Of a stretch of DNA of 20,000 bases, positions 19,597 to 20,000 are shown piece by piece. Positions within the stretch are counted from its first letter, which is position 1. Each line of letters opens with the position of its first letter. This DNA comes from Hydrurus foetidus. Its lineage: Eukaryota. Location: the NCBI GenBank assembly GCA_900617105.1, contig UYFQ01000093.1, forward strand, positions 49,995-69,994, given 5' to 3'. The translations under genes were made by a program, and so were the position numbers. Below the pieces are notes generated by a model, which was not told the origin of the DNA, did not search any database, and worked only from the letters and a program-made list of their open reading frames with translations.

Positions 19597-19943
19597 GATT
19601 CAACTTCTCTCATCGAGCACTTGAAAGAGAAACATTCGTCGCGATGAAATCGTTAACACCCGATTACTCCATCGTTGAACCAATCACTCAGGCACAGCAT
19701 GCTGCCTTTATAGTTACGATTGAGAAAAAGTTAAAACCGTATAGTCAATTGAGAACTGATTATTTCGAGAGAAAGAAAGCAAATCCTACTCAAGGTGAAA
19801 CTTGGAAGGATGCTTACACACGCTTTGTAAAGTGCATTGCGTCCGTTCGCGAACTAAACGAGCATATTGCACGATATGGCAGTATGACCTCAGACAATGA
19901 ACTTGCTCTGAGGTCCTTGTCAGTCCAGCATATTCATGCATGA
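19597..19943 (+). pseudogene. gag: Older-element gag, 3' part
   Basis: RFNFSHRALERE...IEKKLKPYSQL...YTRFVKCIASVRELNEHIARYG aligns by eye with young Gag FRISWKDPSVEDR...FYKKLPKNNKF...LTRLVVMLGEARQMIKDAEDMG. It stops before any zinc knuckle. Confidence 0.7.
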
Positions 19944-20000
19944 TCTGTTAGCATAGTTTCATCTGTAGATTAGCATTCACATGTCACAAGTAGTGTAGCG

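Larger units (their letters stand above)
10399..19943 (+). mobile_element. Older degraded gypsy-type element, interrupted by the 12110-19596 insertion (right end not determined)
   Basis: LTR-like segment plus a gag-like reading frame that rejoins across the insertion (...SQIPIRF|NFSHRALE...). Confidence 0.7.

Overview
This is eukaryotic DNA, probably from a stramenopile/ochrophyte (inferred from the CoDi-like copia protein). It contains four main elements. (1) A complete, very young Ty1/copia LTR retrotransposon (213-5827) with identical 330-bp LTRs and a CTGTG target-site duplication (TSD). (2) An 8-exon GPN2 GTPase gene (5962-9551) starting 134 bp downstream of that insertion. (3) An older, decayed Ty3/gypsy element starting at 10399. 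(4) A complete, very young chromodomain-bearing gypsy element (12110-19596, identical LTRs) inserted into the gag of the older one. The most striking observation is that none of the three retroelements has a recognisable tRNA primer-binding site (PBS). The copia PBS (543-552) is the exact complement of a 10-mer inside its own LTR, resembling Tf1-style self-priming. Both gypsy elements instead carry a perfect 12-bp palindrome of different sequence at the same position (last LTR base plus 11 nt). The young gypsy also has a candidate intron at the gag/pol junction. All eight frameshifts in the two young elements are -1 shifts repairable at homopolymer runs, probably assembly errors.
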